Below, one piece after another: positions 1 to 13,108 of a stretch of 64,000 nucleotides of DNA. A program made the position numbers and the translations under genes. How positions within the stretch are numbered: position 1 is the first letter of the stretch; each line of letters begins with the position of its first letter. The DNA comes from Eledone cirrhosa. Its lineage: Eukaryota. The notes under the pieces were generated by a model. The model was not told where the DNA came from and made no database searches. It saw only the letters and a list, made by a program, of their open reading frames with translations. Location of the stretch: assembly GCA_964016885.1 (NCBI GenBank), contig OZ024742.1, forward strand, positions 154,194,001 to 154,258,000. Reading direction: 5' to 3'.

Positions 1-2030
1 AATGAGGGAGTGGGTAGAGCCGGTCAAGCGTTGAAAATGAATTATATACAGCAAATTCTAAGGAGTGTGTATGGAATTAGACTAGTTAGGAAGCAGGCGA
101 ATAAAGATTGTGGAGAAATTTGAGAAGGGACGTTATAGAATAGCTTAATAAATAGAGATTATAAGATAATAGTTAAATAAAAAAGTATATAAAAATAGTA
201 AAATTTGATAGTAAAAAGTAATAAATAAAAAGTAATAAAAGCAGCTGCTATAATTAGTTGGTTTTGCGTTTTAGGACAATGCTATATATAATTTACTGAG
301 GTGGGGGTACTGAGGCTACAAAAGCCCGATGGGCTGCCTCGGGGTAGGCAAAAGAGGAAAAAGGAAAAGGAAGATAAGGCGGAGTCGAAGGAAGTGATAG
401 GAAGAGATAAAGGGAAGAAGAAAAGAAAAAGGAAATGAAAATAAGTGCATTTACCTATGTTAGCTGGGGTTTTCCTATCTTGTTCGGCAAGTGGAGAAAA
501 GGAGTATGTTACAGCCATTGGTTACCCATCCGGGTCATGAGAGGGTTTGAGGGCGAAGTAAGTCCTACGCAATCGGTGTTTACATGCAGTTAGAAGTTTG
601 TCATTCTTGTTTAGGAGTTGGTCCTTCGTAAACAGCATTTGTAAAGTTTCCTCCGAGCATAAGTTACAGGGACGGCGTCCTCCCGTGTAGGTGTTAGCCC
701 TGGACAGTAAGCTCCAAGTAAGATTGTATGTTAGGTTATTAACTTGGAGGTCCCAGATGTGGCCCGAAAGTGTAGTGGCATGTTGCCGGGCGGGGTTTCG
801 GAACATAAGTCAGTGTTGGTAGAGCCGGGTCTTAAAGTCACAAGCGGTAAATCCTATATAGGCTTTGTTGGAGGTTTGCGTCCTAACGTTGCATTGGTAG
901 ATCACGTTACGTTCTTGGCAACTGTTGTTGAGTGGGCACGTAAATCTCTCAGGGCAGTTACACCTCCTGGTCGGCTCACCACTAATGTCTAGGATGATTC
1001 TTCCACAAGGGTTGAGTTTTTGTTGTTTGAGGAGGCGATGTTTTGTGCGAAGTTGGGTGTGGTGTTGTAGGAGAGCTTGATAGTGTTTTTCTTGATTAAG
1101 TCGTGGTAACGATGTTGCGGTGGGAAGTGCTTTTCGAGGAGCCTAAAGAAGATTTTCCGGATAGGTGTTGCTACCTCGGCATTGTGTAGAGGGTTGAACT
1201 ACGTTACGTGGCGTGAGTTGCGGCATCGCCTACTGGTTCCGCTAGGGGAAGCTGGATAAAAGGATATTTTCTTCCGAAAGCCGCTTCGCTTGAGGGCCTG
1301 GTTGTAATGATGTGTATGTTCATCGAATATCTGCTCATTAGCGGACAAACGAGATATGCGGAGGGAGATGTTTTTAACCAGGTTATTGGTGATGTTTTAG
1401 GATGGTTAGAGAGGTGGTGGATGTAGTGCAGTTTGTCGTATGGTATCCTGTATGGGTAGTACAGCTCATTTTCGAGGTTGATGGTAACATCCAGGAAATT
1501 GACTCGGGTTATGGGCGTTTGTAAAGTAATTTTAAATCAGCAGTCCGGAAGAAGTTCATTAGTTGTACTACTGGGCTTGTACCCTTTGAGGGTAAGGAGC
1601 CCATCGTCTCGGTATAATCCAGCGCCGAATGCAGGAAACGTTTCGGTGAGTTTATATAGTAGGAATAATCCTATAAGATCGGTCAACTCGGCCGAGTCGC
1701 ACGCGCCCATACTGACTTCGAAGGGGGAGTGGCGTACTCTCTTTATCGACTTGGAGTTGTCGAAAAGGAAGACTGTCTTCCTGGCGTGGAGAATGATGTT
1801 TCTTTCCAGGTCGGTGATGGGTGTGATTGTTTTGGCAAAGTCCAAAGCGGCCGTAAGGAGCGGTAGGGTAATGGAGGCGTAGTAACTCTCTATGTTGAAC
1901 TGGATGAATTTGGTGTCATGTTTGTCCTCAATATTACTGAACCATGAGATGACTTCCTGGGTGCTGATCCTAAGGCTAAGACTCGCGTTTTGTTTAACTT
2001 TTGGTATAACGTTCGGAGGAAATATTAGAA
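1..2030 (-). mobile_element. Penelope-like retroelement (Naiad-type), 5'-truncated and frameshifted: RT, GIY-YIG endonuclease and 3' UTR
   Basis: ORF 1537-1845 has RT motifs SMGACDSAELTDLIGL and GLYRDDGL. Manual translation near 850-970 gives CNCPERFTCPL and NVIYQC. ORF 522-806 has CNLC...ACKHR. Same family as 47530-48516. Confidence 0.9.
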
Positions 2031-2823
2031 GTAGGACTTACTTCGCCCTCAAACCGCCTCATGACCCGGGTGGGTAGACAATGGCTGCAACATACTCCTT
2101 TTCCCCACTTGCCGAACAAGATAAGGGAAACCCCATCTCGCATAGGTGGATGTACTTCTTTTCATTTCCTTTTCTTCTTCCCTTTATCTCTTCCTATCAC
2201 TTCCTTCCACTCCCCCTCCTCTTCCTTTTCCTTTTTCCTCTTTCCCCTACCCCGAGGCAGCCTATCGGGCTTTTGTAGCCTCAGTACCCCCACCCCAGTA
2301 AATTATATATAGCATTGGTCGAAAACCCATTACCAACTAATTTTAGCAGCTGCTTTAGACTCTAGAGTTTTTTTAATCACAGTTTACTATCCAATTTTAC
2401 TATTTTGTATACTTTTTATTTAAATATTATCTTTTAATCACTATTTATTAAGCTATTCTATAACGTCCCCTCTCTAATTTCTCCACAATCTTGTTTCGCC
2501 TGCTTCCTAACAAGCCTAATTTCGTACATACTCCTTAGAATTTGGTGTATAGAATTCAATTTCAACGCTTGACCAGCTCCACCCACTCCCTCATTGTTCA
2601 ACAGGCAAGTTCAGTCACCCCACCTCCCACCTACTGCCATGAAAGACTTAATTGTGTTTACAACAAATGTTGACCAATCCTTTTGACAACTACACTCTTC
2701 CCATATAAGAAATTACCCCTTGACAAGTTCGGCTATTTTTGTACCACGCTAAAAATTATAATTTAGTCCAGAAATAGACGTCGAAAAGGGTTGACCCCTG
2801 CCGTCGTGGTTAAACATTTTCCT
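2031..2823 (+). mobile_element. Inverted pseudo-LTR (copy of the PLE 3' end) attached to the 5'-truncated end of the element
   Basis: 2031-2595 is the reverse complement of about 1-568 (aatgagggagtgggt at 1 vs acccactccctcatt ending 2595). ORFs 282-518(-) and 2081-2278(+) begin alike. Continues to a (TA)n tract at 2823. Confidence 0.88.
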
Positions 2824-2849
2824 ATATATATATACATATATACACACAC

Positions 2850-2888
<39 letters not shown>

Positions 2889-2893
<5 letters not shown>

Positions 2894-3253
2894 ACAGTTT
2901 GTCCTTCATCAGTGATCTTCCAACTATCATAGGTATTTCAGCGCTTTAAAGACCATATACCTCCGGTTGGTGCGAGCAGCGGCTAAAAAAAGTCGTTGGG
3001 ACACGTAAATAAAGGGGACGCAAGGGTAAACAAACAAAATGGTGAGGCAACAGAAAGTGAGGAATACGGAGACAAGTCCCAGATTTCTATGAATTTAAGT
3101 TCGGTGAAATCGTGAACGAGAGAATAAAGACCATCAAACCTGGTTGAAATGTGAGCAAGGAAGGAATTTCGCACAGGTCTAACGGGAGGAAGAAGGGGTT
3201 GAAATACCTATGATAGTTGGAAGATCACTGACGAAGGACAAACTTTTTTCATA
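2889..3253 (-). mobile_element. Short non-coding repeat family A, copy 1, with about 52 bp terminal inverted duplication
   Basis: Homologous to 24487-24790 and 63030-63262. 2889-2940 is inverted at 3200-3253. (TA)n on the left and about 40 bp to the right. Confidence 0.8.
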
Positions 3254-3299
3254 TGTAACCCATTTGCAACTCCGCAGCGCCCTTATTATCATATATATA

Positions 3300-3384
<85 letters not shown>

Positions 3385-3518
3385 GTGTGGTAAGAATTTT
3401 TAGGAGAGGTGGACAGCTAAAGTTACCAAGCAGCTGTTTCCAGTTTTAGCTTCTTACACTAAAGGGGTGGGAGTGCTTCCAAATTACGATTAAGAAAAGA
3501 TATGAAATGAACCACAGG

Positions 3519-3549
<31 letters not shown>

Positions 3550-3593
3550 AAGTTAAATAAAAGTCAAATGATTAAAATTTAGCTTCGTTTATT

Positions 3594-3648
3594 ACTGCTA
3601 TATATATTTCAGTGACAGCCATCTTTGGCTGTGACCTCTTCAGGCAGT
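3594..3648 (-). ncRNA. Minimal type I hammerhead ribozyme
   Basis: Minus strand: ACUGC-CUGAAGA-ggucacagcca aaga uggcugucacu-GAAA-uauaua-UA-GCAGU. Stem I is 5 bp, stem II about 10 bp, stem III palindromic. Confidence 0.85.
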
Positions 3649-3880
3649 TTGAATTAGTGTGGTATAGACAAGTACATATGTTGTTGAGGTGTATAATATT
3701 GTCAATACTCTGATATGACTCCAGTTCCTGGTTGGGTTGTTATTTCACTGAGCAACTGGAATCATATGATTCCAGTTCATCAGTGAAATAACAACCCAAC
3801 CAGGAACTGGGCATATTAGAGTATTGACAAAATTATACACCTCAACAACATATGTACTTGTCTATACCACACTAATTCGG

Positions 3881-3935
3881 ACTGCCTGAAGAGGTCACAG
3901 CCAAAGATGGCTGTCACTGAAATATATATATCAGT
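3881..3935 (+). ncRNA. Mirror-copy hammerhead ribozyme with one stem I mismatch
   Basis: actgc-CTGAAGA-stem II-GAAA-tatata-TA-tcagt, followed by aataaa. Confidence 0.75.
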
Positions 3936-4344
3936 AATAAACGAAGCTAAATTTTAATCATTTGACTTTTATTTAACTTTATTTTACACTACTCCGGAGT
4001 AACCAAACCAACCTGCGCACCTCGTCGAGTGCTCCAGCCTGCATACTGAGGTGTTGGTATACAACCAACATAAACTCAAAATATATATATATATATACAT
4101 GTGCACATACATATATATATAGTTATATAATACACAAAAACACATACATACACACACACATATATATATATATATACATGTATATATATATTTATTAAAA
4201 TAACAGATTAAAGTATACATATATATATATATATAAATTTATATGCATATATATAGGATATATTTGCTCGAAAAGGCCGGAGCTCGGCTGTCGGTGTGAC
4301 TCTTTCTAATTATATATTTATTATATATATATTATGTATATATA

Positions 4345-4450
4345 TGTGGGTGTGTGTGTGTAAGTGCATGTGTGAGTTTGTGTGTGTGAGTGTGTGTGCG
4401 TGTGTGTGTGTGAGAGAGAGAGGGAGAGAGAGAGAGAGAGAAGAGAGAGA

Positions 4451-4536
<86 letters not shown>

Positions 4537-4547
4537 TGTGTGTGTGT
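4345..4547. repeat. Compound (TG)n/(GA)n microsatellite
   Basis: Direct reading. Confidence 0.95.
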
Positions 4548-4946
4548 CAGTGGTTAGGCATCGTATATTTTCGAACACACTGCAACTGTAAAAATACTTA
4601 ATAGTAATATTAAAGGAAACTTTCTAGTAAGGAACAAAAAGTGCGAAGAAATGACAGTGACTATTTCTAATTGAATTGCTCTACGACTCTAAGTTTTACA
4701 TCATTGTATAATGTGATTTAAAATAGATTCTCAATAGATGACATTTACTGAATTACTTCCAGAATAAATTCGCTTTATACGAATTACATGCAATGTAATT
4801 TTACCTAGATATTCGTCATACATATTTGTATGAAAATGGACAATAAGTAAAGTTTTAGCCTGTATGTATATATTTCTATTTATTACCTTATGAATACAGA
4901 CATATTGCATACATACTCACACACACACACACACATATATATATAT

Positions 4947-4992
<46 letters not shown>

Positions 4993-5103
4993 TAATATAT
5001 ACATATATTTACATATATATATATATACACATATACATATGAATACATGCTCTTACACGTTTACACACGCTTAAAAAGACACACACTCACCCTACACACA
5101 CAG

Positions 5104-5142
<39 letters not shown>

Positions 5143-5607
5143 CAAGAATTTTGTACATGGATGTGAGTTTCGTGTGTGTGTGCAGTATATGTGTATTTCT
5201 ATATATTATGATGTCCTTAGTGAAGATTACATACAGTTTCATCTTTTTCAATTATGTTTAATTTTCTTTTATTTAATATATTTTTTTACTCTATAATACT
5301 TCGATGAAAAATTACCGTAATGTCAGACTTTTGGCTCCGTATTTTTTCCATAAAGCAGATTATCTTCTAAAAGAGATTACCGATTGACGAAAAAGAATGT
5401 CTTGCCAGTATGCATTATAAAAATATAAATTAAATTACACCTTCTACAATTGACAGCTGTACTTTTATATCGCTAGTCTGACAAATAATTAAATAAACGC
5501 AAACTCGTTTCCTTAAAACCGTTTTTATGTTTTATCTGTCGTTTCTCTTTGTTGGGAACCTTACACATTCAAACTCATAGATATACGCACGTAAACACAC
5601 ACATGCA

Positions 5608-5800
<193 letters not shown>

Positions 5801-6814
5801 ATATAGATAGGTGTGTGTATAAGTATGTGTACGTATGTATAGGTGTATATTGTGATGCATGCATATCTAATCATACATAAACATAATTGCACATAACTGC
5901 ACATAACTGCGCATATATATTCATAAGTTTTAGTTTGTACACGGTTAAACATCGTATGTATATTGGTGTATTGATGATGTGTGTGTGCCTGCTTTATTTT
6001 ATTTTCATCTCAGTTTTCAAAGTTTTATATTATATGTTGAATCGTTATTGATGATGCTGCGTAAGTGGTTATTATTATAACGTTCAATACAATTACCTAC
6101 AAAATAATACATATGAAGGGAAGCTACATTCTTTGACAGGCCTTATGTATTTTTAAGAGAATTGGTGTTTTGTTTTTTCTTTGAATTTCCCCTTCAACGT
6201 TCAAATTGTTTAATGGACAAATGGAAAACCTAAAGGCAAAATTAATATAATACAAAGAGTATTAGAAAAAGTTGTTCTTCTCCAAATATATGCATACATG
6301 CATATTTAATCATGTATAAATATTAAAAGATCTTCCATCCCTATAAATGTACCACTTATGATACATCGTAATGCTAAATAGTTGCTAAAGATGCGAAGTA
6401 TATTTCAATATTCTGTATGATGGTTAAGTGATGAGTCTTGTAAGTCACCTCTGTGCTGAAAGGATCATCAGACGCCCAGACCCCCACACACATACAAGTA
6501 CACACGCACACATACACACACACACACATAGACACACACACACACGCACACACATACACACACACACACATGAAATGGAGGTAACACTCCCCAGGGCTTA
6601 ATTCAAAAATACAATAGATTTATTGATATTATTTGAACTCAAAATGGTTATGTGAGAGAATTGCATGTAAAAGAATACAAGTCTATGACCATACAATCAA
6701 CAGTTTCAATAAAAGTGATAGCTCTTTGGAAAACCGCTAAAGAGCATTAACACCAACATGTATATTATGATTTAGTTTATAATGCGTATTTTCCTCTGTT
6801 ATTTTAACAAATAT

Positions 6815-6992
6815 CGTTTCTACTTTAGGCACAAGGCCAGCAATTACCCAGTGCATTACTGGTACTTTATTTTATCGACCCTGTAAGGATGAAAGGCAAA
6901 GTCAACCTCGGCGGGATTTGAACTCAGATCATAAAGGGACGTAACTATGCTGGAAAGCATGGCGTCCGACCCTCTACCGATACTGCCAATTT
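6815..6992 (-). mobile_element. tRNA-derived SINE
   Basis: On the minus strand: A-box tggcagtatcgg, B-box gttcaaatcc, core ctttcatcctt..gtcgataaaataaagtaccag, tail ggccttgtgcc..gaaac. Confidence 0.85.
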
Positions 6993-7132
6993 TGACGACC
7001 CGCTGATGACGAAGATTCACACTTATATTCAGATTTACAATTTATTTACAGGTTCTCGGGAGTAATATATCATGACCGGTCCAATATATATATATGCACT
7101 GCCTCTCTGTTTTGTTCCTGTTCAAACGTTCC

Positions 7133-7184
<52 letters not shown>

Positions 7185-7185
7185 A

Positions 7186-7363
7186 TTGTTTCTACTATTG
7201 GCACAAGGCCACCGATTATCCAGTACATTACTGGTACTTTATTTTATCAACCCCGTAAGGATGAAAGGCAAAGTTAACCTCGGCGGGATTTGAACACAGA
7301 ATGGCAAGGGCCGTAACTCCATGCGTCAAAGCATGGCGCCCGACCCTCTACCGATACTGCCAA
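7186..7363 (-). mobile_element. tRNA-derived SINE, same family
   Basis: Closely similar to 6815-6992. Confidence 0.85.
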
Positions 7364-7534
7364 TAATAAAATGTTACAGAATCGTGAGAGAGAATAGAGA
7401 GAAGAAGCGTCATAGAAAGAAACGATACAGATAATTAATTGCCATAAGCAGGTGCATTAGTGCTCGATGCTTGTACAGACAGAGTTAAATACTAGAAGCG
7501 TTAATATTTAGTGTGTGAATTTAAGTAGAGTAAT

Positions 7535-8515
7535 TATAATCGAAGAAATAGATGAAAGAGAAGCAAGCCGTTAAAATATATTTATAAGAAGCTCTTATAC
7601 ATGTTACGCCCAAGAATGGCTCTTCAGAGGCACACGAGGAAATAAAGGATTTAATAAAGAACTCTGTATGGGTATGAGTAAGCTTTTATTATCGAAATTC
7701 ATATCTCCGTGATTATGTTTGTGAACAAAGGGAAGTAATTCCAGTGTTATTTAGATTTATCTGCTAAATTAAAGCCCACTATTATAAAATATTTATTTAT
7801 TCTTAGTTACTACGTGCTAATTTAATTATGCTTTGTCAAGCCAATTTAATGAAGCATGTCTTAAAACTTTGGACTAAAAATTAAACATCTGTGAACAATC
7901 GTCATCCCTCGAGGGTGTTGCACTACAAATGTTCAGACCGGATTACCTGTTCGTATTCTTCCACACTTATAGACTAAATTTTGAGTATCTCTGCAGAATC
8001 GATGATTGTACCATTTAAACACCGTGGACGTATGCTTATGTAATTGTACTGGGCCCAACGTATATGCTTTACATTTCTCGGCGCTTAAGCCTATGTTGAA
8101 ATTGCAGCGTTATACTAATTTAAAGTGGTGTATAATCCCTATTGACCTTAATCTGATTGAACACTCACATTCATACATTAACTGTGCCGCATTAAATTAG
8201 CTCGACAAAGCATAATTAAATTAGCATGTAGTAACTAGAAGTAGGGAATAAATAAATATGTTTTAATAGTGGACTTTAATTTAGTAGATAAATCTAAATA
8301 ACACCGGAATTACTTCTCTTTGCGCACAAACATAAACATTTAACGTTGTAACACGGAGATATGAATTTTGGTGTTAAAATCTTACCCATACAGGGTTCTT
8401 TATTATATCCTTTATTTCCTTGTGTGCCTCTGAAGAGACCTTCTTGCGCGTAACAGTGTAAGAGCTTCTTATAATTATATTTTAACGGCTTGCTTCTCTT
8501 TCATCAATTTCTTCG

Positions 8516-8520
<5 letters not shown>
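7535..8520. repeat. Diverged inverted repeat: about 325 bp arms (7535-7858 / 8183-8520) around a spacer of about 320 bp
   Basis: ataatcgaagaaatagatgaaagagaagcaagccgttaaaat vs attttaacggcttgcttctctttcatcaatttcttcgattat. Ends in (TA)n. Confidence 0.85.
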
Positions 8521-8585
<65 letters not shown>

Positions 8586-11389
8586 GTAAAATAAACAATA
8601 CAATATAATTACCTCATTACCAGAGATTTCCCGAATAAGACGAATACAAAAAACATCCTCATTCGTTCATCGGACAAGGCAAATTAAAACATAGTGACAT
8701 ATTTGAAAAATCTCCTCAAGAAAGGCAAAGGTTTAACGGGCCAAAAAAATATATAAATAAAAGTAATGAAAGAGATATATAAAAAAATAAGAAACATAGT
8801 TAGGGTATGTGCAGAAATGTGTGTATATTCACTAACAAATGTACATATGTGTGTATGTACAAATGCATGTGGATAGTGAAAATGTGTGCGTAAGTACATA
8901 TGTGAGGGCAAGCATATCAGTGTATGTGTGACCACAAATAATTATATAATAAAAAGAAATTGTAAGATAATATAATTAACATACATCCAGATTCAGGTAT
9001 TAAGGAATGAAATATATACACATAAAAGTATGAAAGCACGCGTATAAACACACACACACACACACACGCGCGATCACATATATGGGAATGATATACAGGG
9101 AAGGGAGTGTATTAGTCAAAGGAGTGTCAGTCTGAGGCTCGATACACGAGACGGTATGTTTTCAATTAAGAGGGGTAAAGAACCACTAGAGTGAAAAACA
9201 GAAACTCTACGAAAAGTGTGAAAATATATAAAAATTAAAAAGGTAAATTAAAATGTACAGACCACCTTTATAACTATAATGCGCCTGAACAAACTCAAAG
9301 CAGCGAATGTTTCGCCATAAACAGTGTCGTTACCCTACCCTCTCCTGGGTCACGGGCAGGTGTAAAGACGATATGGTCGACACTTCTAAACAGACTTTAA
9401 ACAACTGAAATATCACACATATCAGAGAAGAGATGGAAACACGAGTGCCAGACAGTACGTAGTGGCTTCAATGGATAAAAAAAAAACGGATAGACCTAAC
9501 AGCCTATAATCATTCAACTTAAAAAGCTGAACACTATAAAAAAATTAGTTAGGAGCCAAAATATCAGATTAAAAAAAAACGAAGATAAAGACTCGTGTTA
9601 ATCCCTGTAATTTAATGAGCTCAAGGAATAATTACCGGGCTCTTCATCATACAATATATAGAGAAGAAAACACGAACAGGTATGTTTTTCAATTACGAGG
9701 GGTAAAGAACGACTAGAGTGAAAAACATAAATGATTTGCCACAACAAAAATTATTTAAAAAAATATAAATTAATAGAATGTCCTTTGAAATTGAAACGGC
9801 CTTTCGTCATAATAAGAGGTAAGCTCTGTTTTTCGAATAAGGACTCTAGGAAGCAAAACAGTAGCTGCGACGTGTCTCTATGATTCACAAACATCTTTTG
9901 ATTTGAGGAATTTAGATTTCTGAACAATTAAGTTAATAAGACTATGTAATTATTTAATGTAATATGTTTTTTTTATTCTTTCTTACCTCAATTCATATCG
10001 ATACTTGTATTTAAACTTTGATGCCAATTCGAATAACTGTACATTACTCATTATCCATGGAAAGACTGACATTTTGGAATGAAAGACAGGGATAAAAACT
10101 AAGCAGCGTTTGTAGTGCGGGCATTTTTTATTCACCAAAATTAATACAATTTGAAATCAATAACATATTTATTTTTGGAAAGCATGAAATATCGAGTTGT
10201 TAAAAAGAAATATATCAAGTAATTTGAATTCTTTACTATGTATTTTATTATTATCTTCAGTTGGTTGCGAGAAGAATATCAAATTAAGGCTTTTAGTTAA
10301 ACCAGATTTGTTTCACATTAGGACTCATAATACTATAGGTTTAGTTATAAAAAGTTATAGTTATAATGAAACCGTGAGTTGTCATATTTTTACCCAACAC
10401 TCACTGTAGCAATAGATGTGTTCTACGCATGATATGTGAGGGAAATCTCGTAGGTAATTGTTTATAACTACACTCTTGTTTTGTACCTGTGATTGGATCA
10501 TTGAGTCCTATTCCAGGATATAGCATTCATTCTTGCTTAAACATAAGTTAACTATAGAAGTGCATCTGTAGTGCTGAACTAATTATGATATATTCAATAA
10601 GGAGATAATGTCAATGTTTGAGCGACTGCAAAACACATGTCTTACCGGACACGAGATTCTGTCACTTAGTGGTTTATAAAAGATTATATTTTAAGGTTTT
10701 TAAAGATTGAATGGATCTAATTTAATAAATACCGACTGAGTAATTTAATAAAAAAAATCTTTTGATAACATCTCTTCGAAGATATACGTCCATTTTCCCA
10801 GGATTTTATTCAGGTTTATACATCTTCACTATCCTTGGTCTGGAATAGAGTATCTTATGTCTCACGTAGACACAATTCCGTTTTTTTTGTTCTATTGCGC
10901 TTTACACTATGTTCCAGTACGATTTGAAATTACTCTGATAAACTTAGAAAACTAAATACGTCCATAGCTGGTTCAGGTGTCATACTGTGTATTTAAAAGA
11001 TATTGCACACATTATGTATGAGGCGCATACCATTACCATACATGTTGAGACTGAATCCTTAATGCTGAATCGGTTCACTTCCTGGATTCTATGTTCTTCT
11101 TATCTTCATTCCATACACATCCGCTTAAGTGTTAATATCAGAAACCTTAGTAGTCTGGCTACTGGATTATAAGTCTTCATTCATTTCCTACTGTAGTAAT
11201 AAATATCATGCTTTTAAGACGCACTTAAATATAGTTCTGTAATGACACTAACCACTGAGAAAGATGGTATTCTACTAGAACGGTTCGTCTTCAGTTAAAT
11301 ATGCTGGCGAAACTCTTGAATTTAAAATGTGTTTTGAAGGAGTTTACACACTGTATTCAATGTTCATGAGTTAAATAGTAACGACGAAG

Positions 11390-11520
11390 TAGAAAGTTGA
11401 CGAGATCACTTTGCAGTATTCTTTGTGGCTCGTTCTGCTCCGACTTCAAATTCCGTCAATATCACCCATATTCCTTGTTTCGTGGTCGATAAAAATACCA
11501 GTTCACTGTTTGGATCGTTT
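11390..11520 (+). mobile_element. Old degenerate SINE
   Basis: Residual ttcaaattccg box and gtcgataaaaataccagtt core. Confidence 0.5.
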
Positions 11521-12546
11521 TTCTGCCTCAAAATGTCCTAATAAACCCTTCTATCATTTTGACCTTTTTTTCTCAGGAAGAAATCTATTATGACCTGAAG
11601 AAGTTTAAAATGCCAAAGAACCAAAACATCACAAAAAAAGAATTGTTAAAATAGTGTGTGAAATTCTGTGTGTCAACAGCTATCCACATAAAAAAATAAG
11701 GATTAACTACCTCACCAAACCGAAGTTTGTCTAGCTTGGAGTGTACGGCTACGCTGCTGTCAAGAACAAAAGTGAAAAGAAAGGGGTGTTAGTCACCCGA
11801 TGAGGCCTTCTTTCAACAGGAGTGAGAAGAACATAAATATTCAAGTATATTATGCCTTTTTCTCCCATTTGAACCTTACTATGTTGTCTTGATTTAATGT
11901 TAGTATTATATACACAAAGTGTGTTGCTCACATATGCGTGTCTGCGTACGAAACTGCGTGTTTATATAAATACGTGTATGAATTTGTGTACATAGATTTA
12001 TGTAAGGAATACTTAATCTTATTTCTACTACATATATTAAATTCTTCATTGTATATATATGAAAGCAATAGAAATCTTGAAGTTTATAGAAGATAAAGCT
12101 GAGATTGATGTGTTTTGACTTCAACCTCCCAAGAAATAAACGTAAACAAAATGTATTGGTGACAATATGAAACTAAACGGATAATTATCCGATCTTTGTA
12201 TCTCTTGTGTGTTCTCAAGTTTCAACTGTGATATGTTAGACAGCATTAAACGTTCACGCCTCAAAGCCTGCAAGATATAAATATGTTTTTGCTTTTCATT
12301 TTATAACGTGTCACGGGAAAATGATTTTGATAAGTTTTCTTGAATTTCGGTTCTGTTTTCAAAAATATTGACACCATTACATAATGGAAAAAAGGAAGAA
12401 TATAAAAAGAAAAATAATTAAAAGGAATCAGCGTATGTCTGTCACAACAATACACTGGATACTTAGATTGTGAGAATAGTGAATATGAATATATTTACAT
12501 GTACTCAAACACACACTTGATATACAGACCCAAATATATATTCATG

Positions 12547-12990
12547 CAATGAGTACGAGGCCGAGGACCATTACATGGCTAGATCCATCACTCGGTATGG
12601 GTACCCTCTGCCTGTTCAAATCCGCCTTCACTCGTACCAGGAAAGGCGATCGCACCACCTCACTCCAAGCCCTGATCGCTCAACCACTGACTCCAATTAC
12701 TTTTCTCTACTACACCTCCACCACGACTATCAGGAGGACGATCATCCGGCTTTCTACCGTCTCCAGTCGGAACCTTCCATCACCACAATATTCTTCCTCC
12801 CACTCCTCTCCTCCTTCAAGCGGGCAGACGACATCCGAAATCCCACCCGCAGCTCCTTTGCTCACACCAACTCTTTCCCCGATCTTTCACTGGCTCCCGA
12901 CCGCACTGTCACACATGGCACTTCATCACCAAGACGACTAACCTCAGGAAGCCCAAAGACCAATCATTTCGAATAACGGACACCTTCCAC
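12547..12990 (+). mobile_element. PLE (Neptune-like) fragment, RT thumb/linker region
   Basis: Frameshifted peptides RYGYP, AFTRTRKGDR, PITFLYYTS and LQSEPSITTIF..SSFKR resemble the PLE post-RT linker. C-rich like the element at 45470-47050. Confidence 0.6.
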
Positions 12991-13108
12991 TACACCTCCT
13001 TCTTTCATGTCTGCTTTTTTCTGCATGCTAGGATTGTCTTTGGTTGTTTTGACATTTCTTAATATATATTTATATTAAATGAATAGACAATGTCGCTTTA
13101 CATAACTG

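Larger units (their letters stand above)
3543..3986. repeat. About 440 bp near-perfect palindrome with no spacer (PLE pLTR-like)
   Basis: Arms are reverse complements about the centre atcat|atgat at 3765/3766. Starts in (TA)n. Confidence 0.92.

Noticed and set aside
522-1000. Selenoprotein-encoding Naiad PLE (in-frame UGA + SECIS)
   Set aside because: The Cys positions read here and in 47530-48516 are TGT/TGC, not TGA. The ATGA..AA..GA candidate near 2639-2675 pairs poorly.
3740-3790. Extra HHR spanning the palindrome centre
   Set aside because: CTGATGA and GAAA are offset by 8 nt from the stem and no stem I/III forms; likely a by-product of symmetry.
6900-6992. tRNA genes
   Set aside because: A/B boxes are SINE heads with a shared core and tail, and several copies have TSDs.
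9152-9727. About 50 bp direct repeats (9152-9200, 9679-9727) as LTRs
   Set aside because: Too short, with no TG..CA ends, PBS or coding remnant; element type unresolved.
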